Origin: Podarcis vaucheri
Taxonomy: Eukaryota
Reading direction: 5' to 3' (one strand)
DNA length: 64,000 nt
Assembly: GCA_965113315.1 (NCBI GenBank)
Contig: OZ220366.1
Each line of letters opens with the position of its first letter. Position 1 is the first letter of the stretch. Below the pieces are notes generated by a model. That model was not told where the DNA came from. It ran no database searches and worked only from the letters and a program-made list of their open reading frames with translations. This document shows, in pieces, positions 23,809 through 35,802 of the stretch. Position numbers and translations under genes: made by a program.

Positions 23809-23956
23809 TAGCTCAGTCAGTAGAACATGAGACTCCTAATCTAATCAGGGATCATGGGTTCTAGTCCCACGTTGGGCAAAAGAATCCTGTATTGCAGGGA
23901 GTTGGACTAGAATGACACTCATGGTTCCTTCCAATTCTACAATTCTATGATCCTAT
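23809..23956 (+). mobile_element. tRNA-Lys(CTT)-derived SINE with CR1 3' tail
   Basis: tagctcagtcagtagaacatgagactcctaatct...gggttctagtcccacgttgggc aligns to tRNA-Lys-CTT, degenerate with an insertion in the anticodon arm. Followed by the same tail as the CR1 at 608-674. Confidence 0.85.
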
Positions 23957-24842
23957 AATACATTCTCAGTAGAAGCCCCCCATTTATGAAGTTCCCTTTT
24001 CTCCCAAATAAAGCTGGCATTGACTTTTGTCACTAGCTGCAGACCTGTATATTTGCCCTGGCCTTCTGGATGGTTTGCTACTGTGTTAAATCTGCTGCGA
24101 TAAAAATATTTGCGATGTTTTGTCATTATTTTGTCTTTTGTTTTGTTAAGATTACGTTTTAATGTTTTTGTGGCTTTGGGACCTGTTCTTCACAATGAAG
24201 AGTGGGCTACAGTTGATACTTTAAACACAAAACAAATAATAAAAGCAATATAGCTTCTTCCTGTATGCTTCAAAATAATGTGAATGAGCTACAGAGAAGC
24301 TAGAGGTTATTAAGGTGTTTTGTGAAAATTATTCTAATGTAACTGGCTAAGGGTACGTTAACCAAATGGAGCCCACTAATTACACTTCCATTCTTCAGTT
24401 CAGAGATTGCTACCTTAGTGCAGACTGTGGGAGCTTAGGCTTTGGAGTCTTCTAATTCAGGAAATGGAAGGAAGAAGTAATAGAAAAGTACTTAGTGTTA
24501 AGTAAAAAAATACGCCTTGTGGTGATGAATGGAGCATAGGAAAAATACAAACACAGGATGAAAAATGGTGAAGTGGAATTTTCAGTAGGCAAACAATTTT
24601 GTATCCATTCACAACAAAATGCTTGGGTATCAAATGCAGCTAATAAAACGTGCACGTTGGGTTTTATCAGATTTTATCCCCCCTCCTTTCTGGGGTTGCA
24701 GTATGGAGCTTCAAGCTGAACATTGTGGGGGTAGGAAGTCAAGTGTGGTGTAAGCTAACATGTTCCTTGGCATGTTATTCTGAAATTTTGCTTTGGGTGT
24801 CATTTAAAAGCACATGCATAACGCCCACTTTCCCACTATCGG

Positions 24843-24992
24843 TTATCAAACCACTGAGCCTCTTGGGCTTGCCGATCAGAAGGTTGAATTCCCACAACGG
24901 GGTGAGCTCCCGTAGTCCCAGCTCCTGCCAACCTAGCACTTCGAATCTGGCTCCTGCCAATCATAGCACTTTGAACCTGGCTCCTGACAGGT
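24843..24992 (+). mobile_element. Sauria SINE 5' fragment with internal tandem duplication
   Basis: aaaccactgagcctcttgggcttgccgatcagaagg..., then about 2.4 copies of a 29-30-bp unit gctcctgccaacctagcacttcgaatctg. Confidence 0.75.
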
Positions 24993-26150
24993 TGCCCAAA
25001 GGGACTTGGTTCTCCTCTCTAAGGGCAGGGGAACTTGAGAAGGGCATCCAGGTGGTACATGGATGACCACTGGATTGTTAATGCCACTTTTCGTTGGACT
25101 AACTTCAGTGGTAACAAGCTCAGTGCCTTTTGCACCAAACATGATACAGTGGTATTACAATGGTGAATAAAAATAGAAGCGCTGGCTTTTTAATCACCTG
25201 GTTGCTGTACAAACGAAGGAGGCTGCAGGTTGCAAGCTTTATTAATTGTGTAATTTGCCTGGTCTTGCAAGCTGAGAAACTGGTGTTTTAGAAGGTTTTC
25301 TTGAGAAACCCATAGCATCCTCAGCTGGACTTCCTGTAAGCCCAGGAAGCTACCTATGGAGCACCTGACAACTGTCTGCTTGTTGATGCTTAAATAGCCC
25401 AGTTCACCCATCTCATTAAAATGTATTTAAAAATAAATGATGATTTACTACATTGAAAGCAGCCTGCTGCTGCTTACTGTTCAAGAGTCTCCATGTGTGG
25501 TACATGATGTGGTCATGTATGATGAGTGAAGTGGCAGCTGAAGTTTTGGGTCCAAACAATAATAGATGGTGGCGGCTTCTGTTTTGCATATGGTTTCATA
25601 TCCATGCTTGTAAGGTTTCAGAAAGAAAACGAGCTGGGAACCCACTTCCTACTTGAAAAATCTCAGAAACTATTTGTTACTCTTCAGTCGCGCGTGGTCA
25701 TCATGTCAGGAAAGAATGGTAGAACCCTGAAATGAAAACTTATATACCCATAACAAACCAATATAGAAAGTAGATTTCCTGTGTGTTCTTTCTGCATCTT
25801 ATAGTGTAATATTTTATAAGTCTGAGGTTCTAATGGTGATAGATATGGTTTTGTTGGGTTGGGCAAGACTTAATATTCCTGGCTTCGCTAACCCTAGTTC
25901 ATTTAGCTCTGAATGAGTCCTGGGCTTTTGTTTTCCTCCCTACTGACTTTGGTGCTTTGATCCTGGTCTCCTTAAACCATAGTTTCTGTTATGTTCAGAA
26001 CAGGGAAACTGTGGTTTTAATATTGGTGTTGATTCCAGTTCACAACCACAATTAAACCACAACCACCCAATTCGGGAATAATAGAAAAGTGTGGTTTGAA
26101 AAGACCAGGGCTGAAATCCTGAAAGAAATGCATGAAGGAGAGTGGGGAAT

Positions 26151-26500
26151 GTCTTCTTTCTTCTTTCTTTGGCGATCACTCATAGTCGAGTCAGATTGTC
26201 TTCCTGAACACGGTTTTAACAGTGAGTCCGTAAGTGACTGTGGAGGCCAATTCTGGATCCACACGTCCTTCCACAGTGGGGAAATAGGCTTCTTGATGGG
26301 AGTTAATCATGGTGAGGCTTTGCCAAGCGTTCCTTCCTCTTAGCACATTTCTCCCTTTCGTTCTGAGTTCCAAGCGTCTTCAAAGTCCACGACACCTTTG
26401 GTAAAGGCTGTTCTCTAATTGGAGCATTCGCAGGCCTGAGTTTCCCAATTGTCAGTGTTTATACTACATTTTTAAAGATTTGCCTTGAGAAAGTCTTTAC
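26151..26500 (-). mobile_element. RTE-clade LINE 3' end
   Basis: Minus strand encodes KDFLKANL...NTDNWET...SNWRT and the C2H2-like motif PHCGRTCGSRIGLHSHLRTH, then an (AAG)n tail. Confidence 0.85.
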
Positions 26501-26984
26501 ACTTTTGTTGACCACCAGCATTATGCTTTCCATTTTTAAGTTCAGAATAGAGTAGTTGCTTTGGAAGATGCAGGCAAGACACTGTGGTTTATTAAGCCAG
26601 GGATGAAATGTCCAAACTGGTCCATTATATGGATGGAATCCTTAAAAAGATCACTGTTTTTGTGTAATACTCATGTTGATTCACTTTTAGAATTAGAGAA
26701 GGGTCATAGTACAGTGACCAGAGCACATTTTCCATACAGTAGATTTTACGTTCAGTCTGTGACATACTGTTTTTTTTAGTGTTTGCCACCACCCCCAATC
26801 AACCATGGAATCAGTCTTGACTTTTTAGAAGCCAAAAAATCCTGATTGTGATATTTTTAATCTGCATCCTTTCAAAATGGACCAAAGAAGTGTCACATAT
26901 TTATTTATATTTACCTTTACCTTTTACCTATTCATATACTTACTGGTCTGTAATATAGGAATATCTATGCCTGAGATGTATGTA

Positions 26985-27222
26985 CAGTCATACCTTGGAA
27001 GTCGAATGGAATCTGTTCTGGAAGTCCGTTTGACTTCCAAAACATTCGGAAACCAAAGTGCGGCTTCTGATTGGCTGCAGGAAGCTCGGAAGTCGCAGAA
27101 GCCCCACTGGATGTTCGGCTTTCAAAAATAGTTCGCAAACCGGAACAGTCACTTCCGGGTTTGCGGCATTCGGGAACCAAAACGTTTGGGAGCTAAGTTG
27201 TTAAAAAACCCAGGTGTGACTG
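26985..27222. mobile_element. Tc1/mariner (pogo/Tigger-type) MITE
   Basis: TA-cagtcatacct...aggtgtgactg-TA; body homologous to the copies at 29416 and 59037. Confidence 0.8.
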
Positions 27223-27785
27223 TATAGGGGTGTCAATAAAGTAATGGAAATGCTGCCTTTGATTACAGAGGGGTTGACACATTCTTGTTGTCGTAATCTC
27301 GGCAAACCCCTTGAGAGGTCTGATGATGCAATGCATTTCCATAATGTATCTTCAAGACTACAAAGCTTAATTGCAGTTCTCTGTGATCCTCTAAAGACAA
27401 TTGCAATGCTGTGTTATTTACTGTACAGTACTTTTAACATTCTGAAGATGGGTGATAGAACAAGAACGGCACTGAAATGTCTGCTCATTAACTTGCAAAT
27501 CTTTTTGTCTACATTGGGCAAATCCTAGTATACAACAGTTCAACATTAAATCACAAGGGTTTCTTCCTTCTATGTTAGGGAGAATATAATTTTTTTTAAA
27601 AAAATGCTTAAGTGAATGAAACCTAAAAAATTGTATACTTGTGGGGTAGAAGATGCAAGAAATATCCCTGAATTGGTGTGTATGGTAAAAAGCATGTTTG
27701 CATCATCCTAGGAGCAAGATTGTTTTTTCCTTTATCAGTTTTTGAATCTTAACTTGGTGCCTGTGCATAGATGTAGGATCTAGAT

Positions 27786-27921
27786 CAGGCATCCCCAAAC
27801 TCGGCCCTCCAGATATTTTGGGACTACAATTCCCATCATCCCTGACCACTGCTCCTGTTAGCTAGGGATGATGGGAGTTGCAGTCCCAAAACATCTGGAG
27901 GGCTGAGTTTGGGAATACCTG
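27786..27921. mobile_element. Palindromic hAT MITE (subtype B)
   Basis: Long TIRs caggcatccccaaactc / gagtttgggaatacctg and perfect 8-bp TSD ATCTAGAT (27778-27785, 27922-27929). Confidence 0.88.
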
Positions 27922-27982
27922 ATCTAGATTAAATTGTAGTGGTTAGCAAAAGGTGACTTGGATTTTTTAAACCTCTCTTCAG

Positions 27983-28082
27983 AATAATAATAATAATATA
28001 TATTTTTTAATATCCCGCCCTCCCCAGCCGAAGCCGGGCTCAGGGCGGCTAACAACAATAAAACAGTACAAAAGTACAACAC
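27983..28082 (-). mobile_element. L2-type 3' tail, same family as 53697-54045
   Basis: atcccgccctccccagccgaagccgggctcaggg...aaaacagtacaaaagtaca is nearly identical to 53757-53823. Confidence 0.75.
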
Positions 28083-28544
28083 AAAATGTGCAAACCCCTG
28101 TGTGGAGAGTTTACCTGGCTGCTAAAGGCTGTAAATCTATGCATACTTACTTAGGATAAGCCCAATTGAACTCAGTACAACTTTTTTTGAGTAAACACGC
28201 TTAGGATTATATTGAACAAACAGGATGATGGGTGCCTGGCAGTTAGAATATTTTTCCTAGCTCATGATAAGCTTCCATATATTTATCTCCTAGATAAACT
28301 TTAACTCTACCGTGCCTTTGCCTTCTTTTAAGCTAAAATCTGCTCAATAGCGACATCTTTTTAGATGGAAGTAAATATTTATATTGGCTCATATATAAAT
28401 ACTTAGCCTTAAATCTGTTAACTTTTCCCAATTCCCCCCTCCTTTTCTGATGCTTGAAGGACCATGCTACTGCATACTTGAATCAAACCTATCCCTCTTT
28501 TAAAATCATGGTTTATACAATTTTTTTTGTTCACTGCAGAAGTA

Positions 28545-28770
28545 CAGTGGTACCTCGGGTTAAGTACTTAATTCGTTCTGGAGGTCCGTTCTTAACTTGA
28601 AACTGTTCTTAACTTGAAGCACCACTTTAGCTAATGGGGCCTCCTGCTGCTGCCGTGCTGCCGGAGCACGATTTCTGTTCTCATCCTGAAGCAAAGTTCT
28701 TAACCCAAGGTAATATTTCTGGGTTAGCGGAGTCTGTAACCTGAAGCGTATGTAACCCGAGGTACCACTG
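28545..28770. mobile_element. Tc1/mariner (pogo/Tigger-type) MITE
   Basis: Perfect 18-bp TIR cagtggtacctcgggtta with TA TSD on both sides. Confidence 0.92.
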
Positions 28771-29415
28771 TACTCTTTTGCAAAAACGGCAATACTTTGT
28801 ATAACTTAAGCATTTCAAAAGCATATCTTTTAAAGAATGCTTTTAAATTACATATTTTTTTTCTGCCTTACCACAATGGCTCAGGATGTATTAACATGTA
28901 AAACAAAACAGATTAAAATCTAAAGCAGTAAAATACCACAAAAGGGTTCAAATAATACTCTTTTCTGGAAGAAATCTGTGGTAGGACTCTAGAGTGAGTC
29001 TTTTTTTCTTTCCTTTCCTTTTCTGGAGGGTGGGGATGCAGTTCCATAGCTGGGAAGACTATCAAGCGCTATTCTGACTCTGGACAGATGGAAAAACATG
29101 TATGTGCTCTTGCTTAACTTTAGAGGTCGGTGGGAAGGGAAGGTGGGGGTGGTAGCAGAGTTCAAAATTCTTCAGGCGCCATGAGCATTATGCACCTAGC
29201 TGTCAGCCAGACGCCAGGATAGCACTTGACATCTCCAGCATTTGGTGGTGCATGCCTACGGATCCTTGGATCCTGGCTGTTTTCACACACTAGCAAAATA
29301 TCCAGTAGAATTCCTATCCATGGTATTTTATCCGCGCAATCAGAATGGATTTCAGGAACCGAAAAGTCAGCCCTCTGCGCTCAGGTTTAAGGAGCCATTT
29401 GGTACCTAACTTATA

Positions 29416-29650
29416 CAGTGGTACCTTGGTTCCTGAACAAATCAGCTCCCGAACGCCGCAAACCTGGAAGTAAGTGTTCCAGTTTGCGAATGTTTTTCGG
29501 AAGCCGAACGTCCGACGCGGCTTCTGCGGTTTCCGCTTGAGTGCAGAAAGCTCGTGCAGCCAATTGGAAGCCGCGCCTTGGTTTTCGAACGGTTTCGGGA
29601 GTCGAATGGACTCCTGGAATGGATTAAGTTTGAGAACCAAGGTACCACAG
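29416..29650. mobile_element. Tc1/mariner MITE
   Basis: TA-cagtggtaccttggttc...gaaccaaggtaccacag-TA. Confidence 0.88.
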
Positions 29651-31166
29651 TACACCTGAGTTTCTAACACTTGGAGGCAGTTGCTCTTGGGTAGCTATGG
29701 GTAAACATTTTGAGCGTGGCAATAGATTTCAGCCCTGTTCTTCAATTTCCTAGCATTGTTATTCCATGAAATCGTCTAAAGGGGTTCTGTTCCTCTTGCC
29801 CTAAAGTAAAATGAAACAAGTGGTTGCTAGGGAGGTGGCCTTTTCAGTAGTGGCACCCTGTTTGTGGAACGCCATTTCCAGAGAGGCTTGTTTTATAGTC
29901 AACAGGCGAGGGCATCCTTATTTTTTGAGACATTAAATATAAAAATATTGTCGAAAGTGTTCTAACCACTCTCTGTCTGCTTTTATTCTCTCCTGTATGC
30001 TGGAAATTGTTATCTTTTGAGATAACAAATGAGATGCATTTGAATCGTGTTTATCCCTTTATGAGCTGCAAAGCCATTCAGAGAACAGTGTCGTTGGGCA
30101 GTTTTATCAAGTACTGTAGTAACTCAGTGTTGGGAAGTAGAGTTCTTGATGTTTTCGAAATAAAATACAAGATGCAGTTTCTACCTATGCATTCCATATT
30201 ACGCCATCTGGTAAGTCACTTGGGGAATGCGTGGGAAAGAGAGTGGGAGTGGCTGGGAGACGAGTCTCGCTGTCTGTTTATATCTCAGTTGTATCTCTTT
30301 ATCCTGTCCTTTTCTCAGAGGAGTTGCTCAGCTCGCTTACATTGATTTATTGTACCTTTTGTGTATGCAACCAGGCTTCTAAATGACCACTTGGCTAGTT
30401 CCTTTTGGCAAGTAAGCATTGCTTCTAGGTGACTAGACCTGGGAAGAATTCTAGAAGTTTTCTTCCAGGTTAGACTCATGTTTCATAAATTACTCATACA
30501 ACTCAATGTGTTTGTGATGTAGGCTAGTGTATTTTGTGTGTAGTCCCGTTTGCAAAGTTGCTTGCAACTATCTTGAGACATAAGTGTTCCACTCAAGTGA
30601 GTTTTATGTCTGATTGGGGATTTGAACCTAGATAGCTCCTCCCTGGTTAAAGCCTAATACTTCAACTCCAACTGCATCGGCTCCACCCACCAGAAAAAAC
30701 TGGTAGCTTTTGCTTGTTGCCTGCCGCTACAGGGGTGCCCTAAGCAGCCAGCCCTCGCTCTTCCACTGTGAAAAAACCACCACATTGCCTCTACCTTTAT
30801 TGCCCTCACTGGCACGCAGCCCACCCTTTTGATACCATTTGCACACTTTTGCTGGTTCTCCCCAGCAAACCAAGTAGCTGCTCTGAAATGTGTGTAGCAC
30901 AAGCTTAAATTGGATAAGGTTTCAAATACCGTAACACAAATGTTCACTTTAAAAATTGCTTTTAATAATAGCATTTAATATTAACAAAATAAAAAAATTC
31001 CTTCCAGTAGTACCTTAGAGACCAACATTCATAACATGCAGTGTATGCAGTACAGGCGCCGACCATTTTGCACGGGGACTCCCCTCCTGGCCCCTGTGCG
31101 AGTTGGTGGAGCGTGCAAATGTGCCCACTGTAGTTACATCTTCATGTGTTGATGGAACTAGACTGT

Positions 31167-31548
31167 GGGATGTGGGTGACTCTGTGGTCTAATCCACTGA
31201 GTCTCTTGGGCTGGCTGATCCGAAGGTTAGTGATTCGAATCCGCTTGACAGTGGTGAGTTCCTGTTGCTCTGTCCCAGCTCCTGCCAACCCAGCAGTTCG
31301 AAAGGACGCCAGTGCAGGTAGATAAATAGGTACTGCTGCGGCGGGAAGGTAAACGGTATTTCTGTGCACTCTGGCGCTCGTCACAGTGTCCTGTTGCACC
31401 AGAAGCAGTTTAGTCATGCTGGCCACATAACCTGGAAAACTGTCTGTGGACAAAAGCCAGCTCCCTCGGCCTGAAAAACGAGATAAGCGCTGCAATCCCA
31501 TAGTTTCCTTTGACTGGACCTAACCGTCCAGGGGTCCTTTACCTTTTT
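31167..31548 (+). mobile_element. Sauria SINE (longer subtype)
   Basis: Full head/body/tail; 12-bp TSD gaac(t/g)agactgt at 31155-31166 and 31550-31561. Confidence 0.9.
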
Positions 31549-32131
31549 AGAACGAGACTGTCTTCTGGGAGCTCCCTAATACAGGGAATTTTTTTCCTCC
31601 TGTATTTTTTCCCCTTTAAAAGAAATTGGAATTTGATGGGGAGGACAGATGCTTAACAAATGCAAGCAGGTGGGGGTGGTTTTGTTTTGTTTTGGCATTC
31701 AACTCTGACGTGGCAAGGAATGAAACCTTTTAATTATGAACTAATTATAAAGTTTTGCTTTCAGGTTCAGTGGTCTTTATGAATGAGTGTTGTGGTGCTT
31801 TTAAGTGATTCTTTTAAAAGCTAAACAATAACTTATTAGAAAAACAGCATGCGTAGAAACAGAGGGCAGTATCTAGTTTACCTCTTAATTTATATTTGGG
31901 GTTCTTCTCAGGCCCCTGGAGCAGATTTGAGAAGGTTGTAGGAGGAGAGGGAGGGAAGGCTCCTTTGGGCAGCCAGAGCTCTTTGAATTAATGAAAGGTC
32001 TTCTTTGGATGCAGCCCAGAGAGATTTCCCACTTAAATGCTGGAAGAGTTATGTGGTTTTGCTTCCTTTATTAAGTATATTGTTGTAGACCCTGATTTAT
32101 GCATGTGCTGAATCATTCATATACAGTTAGA

Positions 32132-32338
32132 CAGTGGTACCTCTGGTTGCGGACATGATCCGTTCCTGGCTGCCGTTTGCATCCCGAAAAGTCCGCAACT
32201 AGAGTGGCGCTTCTGCGCATGTGTGAAGCACGCAGAACGTTTCTGCATGCAGCAGAACCTGGAAGTATACACTTCGGGTTTGCCGCGTTTGCAAGCTGAA
32301 AAGATGCAACATGAACCTAACGCAACACCAGGTATGAC

Positions 32339-32342
<4 letters not shown>
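32132..32342. mobile_element. Tc1/mariner MITE (degenerate)
   Basis: cagtggtacctctggttgcg...cgcaacaccaggtatgacactg; internal ggaagt...acttc palindrome as in related copies. Confidence 0.7.
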
Positions 32343-32375
<33 letters not shown>

Positions 32376-32394
32376 ACACACACACACACACACA
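32341..32394. repeat. (TG)16-TA-(CA)10 inverted microsatellite
   Basis: Direct observation. Confidence 0.9.
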
Positions 32395-32407
32395 TACACC
32401 TTGCTTA

Positions 32408-32786
32408 GGGACGTAGGTAGCTCTTTGGTCTAAACCACTGAGCCTTTTGGGCTTGCTTATCGGAAGGTCAGCGGTACAAATCCCTGCGATGGGGTGAGCT
32501 CCTGTTCCTCGGTCCCAGCTCTTGCAAACCTAGCAGTTCGAAAGCATCCCAGTGCAAGTAAATAAATAGGTATTGCTGCAGCGGGAAGGTAAACGGCATT
32601 TCCGTGTGCTCTGGTTTCCGTCATGGTGTCCCATTGTACCAGAAGTGGTTTAGACATGCTGGCCACATGACCTGGAAAGGTGTCTGTGGACAAATGCTGG
32701 CTCCCTAGGCCTGAAAGTGAGATGAGCTCTGCAACTCTATAGTTGCCTTTGATTGGACTTAACTGTCCAGGGGTCGTTTACCTTTT
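32408..32786 (+). mobile_element. Sauria SINE (longer subtype)
   Basis: Colinear with the 31167 copy. Confidence 0.9.
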
Positions 32787-33089
32787 TAAAAAACCTGAAA
32801 GTAACATGTCCCCACAGTTGAAGTCAATTCCAGAAATTGGCCCCTTCCCAAAGAAGCTATAAGCGTTTGGAGTGGAGTTTTGAAGGGCTGTAGTAATTTG
32901 CCACTTTTCCATTGGGACGTTGATTCCATAGGGCTGTGTTTGATCAAACTCCCATTGTGTTGAACTAGCATTATCAATAAGTTGTCTACCACCCTCTTGT
33001 GTTGGGGTATTAAAACTAACTCTGGTTGATAGCAGTCAAATTAAATGAGGTTGTTGCCCATCTGACTATTTGACTGAAATCAGTGAAAG

Positions 33090-33167
33090 TGAAAGTGAGA
33101 TGGGTGCCACAACCCTGTAGTCACCTTTGACTGGACTTAACTGTCCAGGGTCCTTTACCTTTACCTT
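33090..33167 (+). mobile_element. Sauria SINE 3' fragment
   Basis: tgaaagtgagatg...gactggacttaactgtccagggtcctttacctttacc. Confidence 0.8.
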
Positions 33168-34554
33168 ATTCCTTGCTTAGTTATTTGGTTTTGTGAATAC
33201 TTGGGCACATCTTCCAAGATTGTGTTCTCCAAGTTGCATAGAAGGTACTAAGTTGCAAACAAAGCTGTTTTGTAAATCAAACTTTGGAGAATCCATTTTT
33301 GGCAATGGTTGGCACAGACTAGAAAAGTATTGCTTTTAATGCCTTGTGAAAATATCCTGACTTCACTTTATCAGCAAGAAATCAATCCAAAATGGTTGCT
33401 TCTTATTACATAGTTATCGAGGAAGGAGCAAGATGTTCAGGACTTTTAAGATGAGACGTTTTATTGCCTTGTGAAATATATGTCAAGCCAGAGGGTTGCA
33501 GCTAATACTGATATTTTTACTTGTGCTTATTTTGCTTAAACCATGCACAGACGTGTTGGATACCAGGTCTGTGGGACTTGAATGAAGCTTTAGTTCTTAG
33601 TTTCAGGTGATACTGAAGCTTGTAGTTTTCAACATGCTTTGAGGGGGCGGGGATGGCTGTTATTTAATTGAGAGAGCCTTGATTAAAGTTCAGTAATTAA
33701 AATGTTTAAGTGTATGTCCTTCCCCAAAAATATTTTCAGTGAGCAATTTTCCAGCCCAGTATTACTTTTATGTGCAAAGAGTTTATATAAAGATTTTCAG
33801 AAGAGGATAGTCTTGTCTGTCAACAGCTGGGGAAGAATGCTTGCAGAATGGAACTTGACCCTACCGTCTTATCCCACACTCTGTCAGATCTGCTTTGGGG
33901 ATTACCCAAACTCTCTAGATCAGATTGTGGGGAGGAGGGGTACACAAAGGAGGAGAATGAGAGGGAGCTCTGTTGCAAGCCTTCTGCAGTGACTTTGTCG
34001 GATTAAGCCTGCCCGCTACCTAGAGATAGTTTGAGTTCTTGCCAATAAATAAAGGCGAAGAAAAGAGAAATGTTAGACCAATTGTGCAAAACAATATGGA
34101 AGGCAGGATTCTTTTGGAGATGGCACACTTAAACCAGTGGCAGATATTTGGGAAGAACAACAGCTGAGATTGCTGTGCAGAGATATCTCAATGGTATAAC
34201 CCAGTTGCAGAGGAGCATCTATAAAAAGCACATATAGATAATATTACTTGGATGGAGGCAAATATATTTGAATCTTGGAAAGGATGGAGGCTCTTTGGGT
34301 AGGTGCTTCCCATGTTCATGTCGGGTCCCATGTCAGTTGCCTGCCCTGGAAAGGCTTAAGCATCCTCTGAAGGAGCAGCTACAAAGTTCAGGGGTGTTCC
34401 AGCTTTTTCATAAGAGGCCCATGTGGCCTGTGTGTTCAGAAGCGCCATCCACCAGTTTCAGCTGATGTGATAGCTGCAGCAGTTCCTACACCCGGATAGT
34501 TTACCTAGTGTAGCCCAGACACTAGCAACCTCAAGACTGGATTACTGTAATATG

Positions 34555-35265
34555 TGGAGCCTTCCAGAGGAGAGCTTTCCACAAGCAGAGAGGCACCACA
34601 GGAAAGGCCTGTTCTCGTGCTGCCACCCTCCAGACTTCTCGTGGTGGAGGCACACATAGAAGGACCTCATGATGATCTTGGGGTAGGTTCATATGGGGAG
34701 AGGTGGTCCTTGAGTTGTTACGGCCCTGAGCCACTTTGTAGGTCAAAACCAACACTTTGAATTGAGCGTGGAAACTAATTGGCAGTCGGGACAGGCTTTG
34801 TGTTACATGCTTAAACCATCTTGCGACAGTGAGAAACCTGAATTCTACACTAGCTGAAGTTTCCGAACCGCCTTCAGAGGCAGCCCTACCTTTAACGCAT
34901 TGCAGTAATATTACCTAGAGGTTACCAGAGGATAGTTGACAATAGGTAGGCTATTCCTGTCCTGATTGGGGCACAGCTGAGCCACCCGCTGAAGCTGATG
35001 GAAGGCATTCTGCACCACTGCAGCCACCAGAGCCTCAAGTGACAGCAAGAGACCCAGAAGTACCCCCAAACTACATAACTGCTCCTGTAGAAGAGGTGTA
35101 ACCCCGTCAAGAACAGGAAACCTTCCATCCATCTCATCCCATTCCCAACTTGGATAGCCGCTCTACAAGGATACCGTGGTTGATAGTGTCAAACACCACT
35201 GAGAGGTCAAGGAGAATTAACAGGGACACATTTTGTCTGTCTCTCTCCCAACAAAGGCCATCATA
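34555..35265 (-). mobile_element. Old L2 LINE ORF2 fragments
   Basis: RT motif LLILLDLSVVFDTINHGIL, plus SLGVLL...AFHQL and FKVLVLTYK remnants, with internal deletions. Confidence 0.85.
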
Positions 35266-35455
35266 TCTAAGTATAATTCCGTATATATTTAGTGCACATA
35301 TTTTATATTGTATGTGAAAAGTAAACCTCGTTGGTTCACATTCTCCCCTTTCTATGGACCGTACATACACTGCATGCCAGCAACTATATTCAGGTCTTTT
35401 CAAGTATGCTACTTCAGCCGTAGGCATTGACGGTGGGGAAGACATGCTCAGATAT

Positions 35456-35802
35456 CCAGTATATCTGAAGGAGCGTCTCCACCTTCATCGTTCTACCCGG
35501 ACACTGAGGTCCAGCACCGAGGGCCTTCTGGCGGTTCCCTCACTGCTAGAAGCCAAGTTACAGGGAACCAGGCAGAGGGCCTTCTTGGTAGTGGCGCCCT
35601 CCCTGTGGAACGGCCTCCCACCAGATGTCAAAGAGAACAACAACTACCAGACTTTTATAAGACATCTGAAGGCAGCCCTGTTTAGGGAAGCTTTTAATGT
35701 TTGATGTATTACAGTATTTTAATATTTTTTTGGAAGCTGCCTAGAGTGGCTGGGGAAGCCCAGTCAGATGGGCAGGGTATAAATAATAAATTTATTATTA
35801 TT
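35456..35802 (+). mobile_element. L2 LINE 3' end
   Basis: PVYLKERL...RTLRSS...RAFLVVAPSLWNGLP...FIRHLKAALF (L2 C-terminus), 3'UTR and (TTA)n tail. Confidence 0.9.

Noticed and set aside
23809-23878. tRNA-Lys gene
   Set aside because: Anticodon arm disrupted, B box mutated and fused to a CR1 tail: it is a SINE head.
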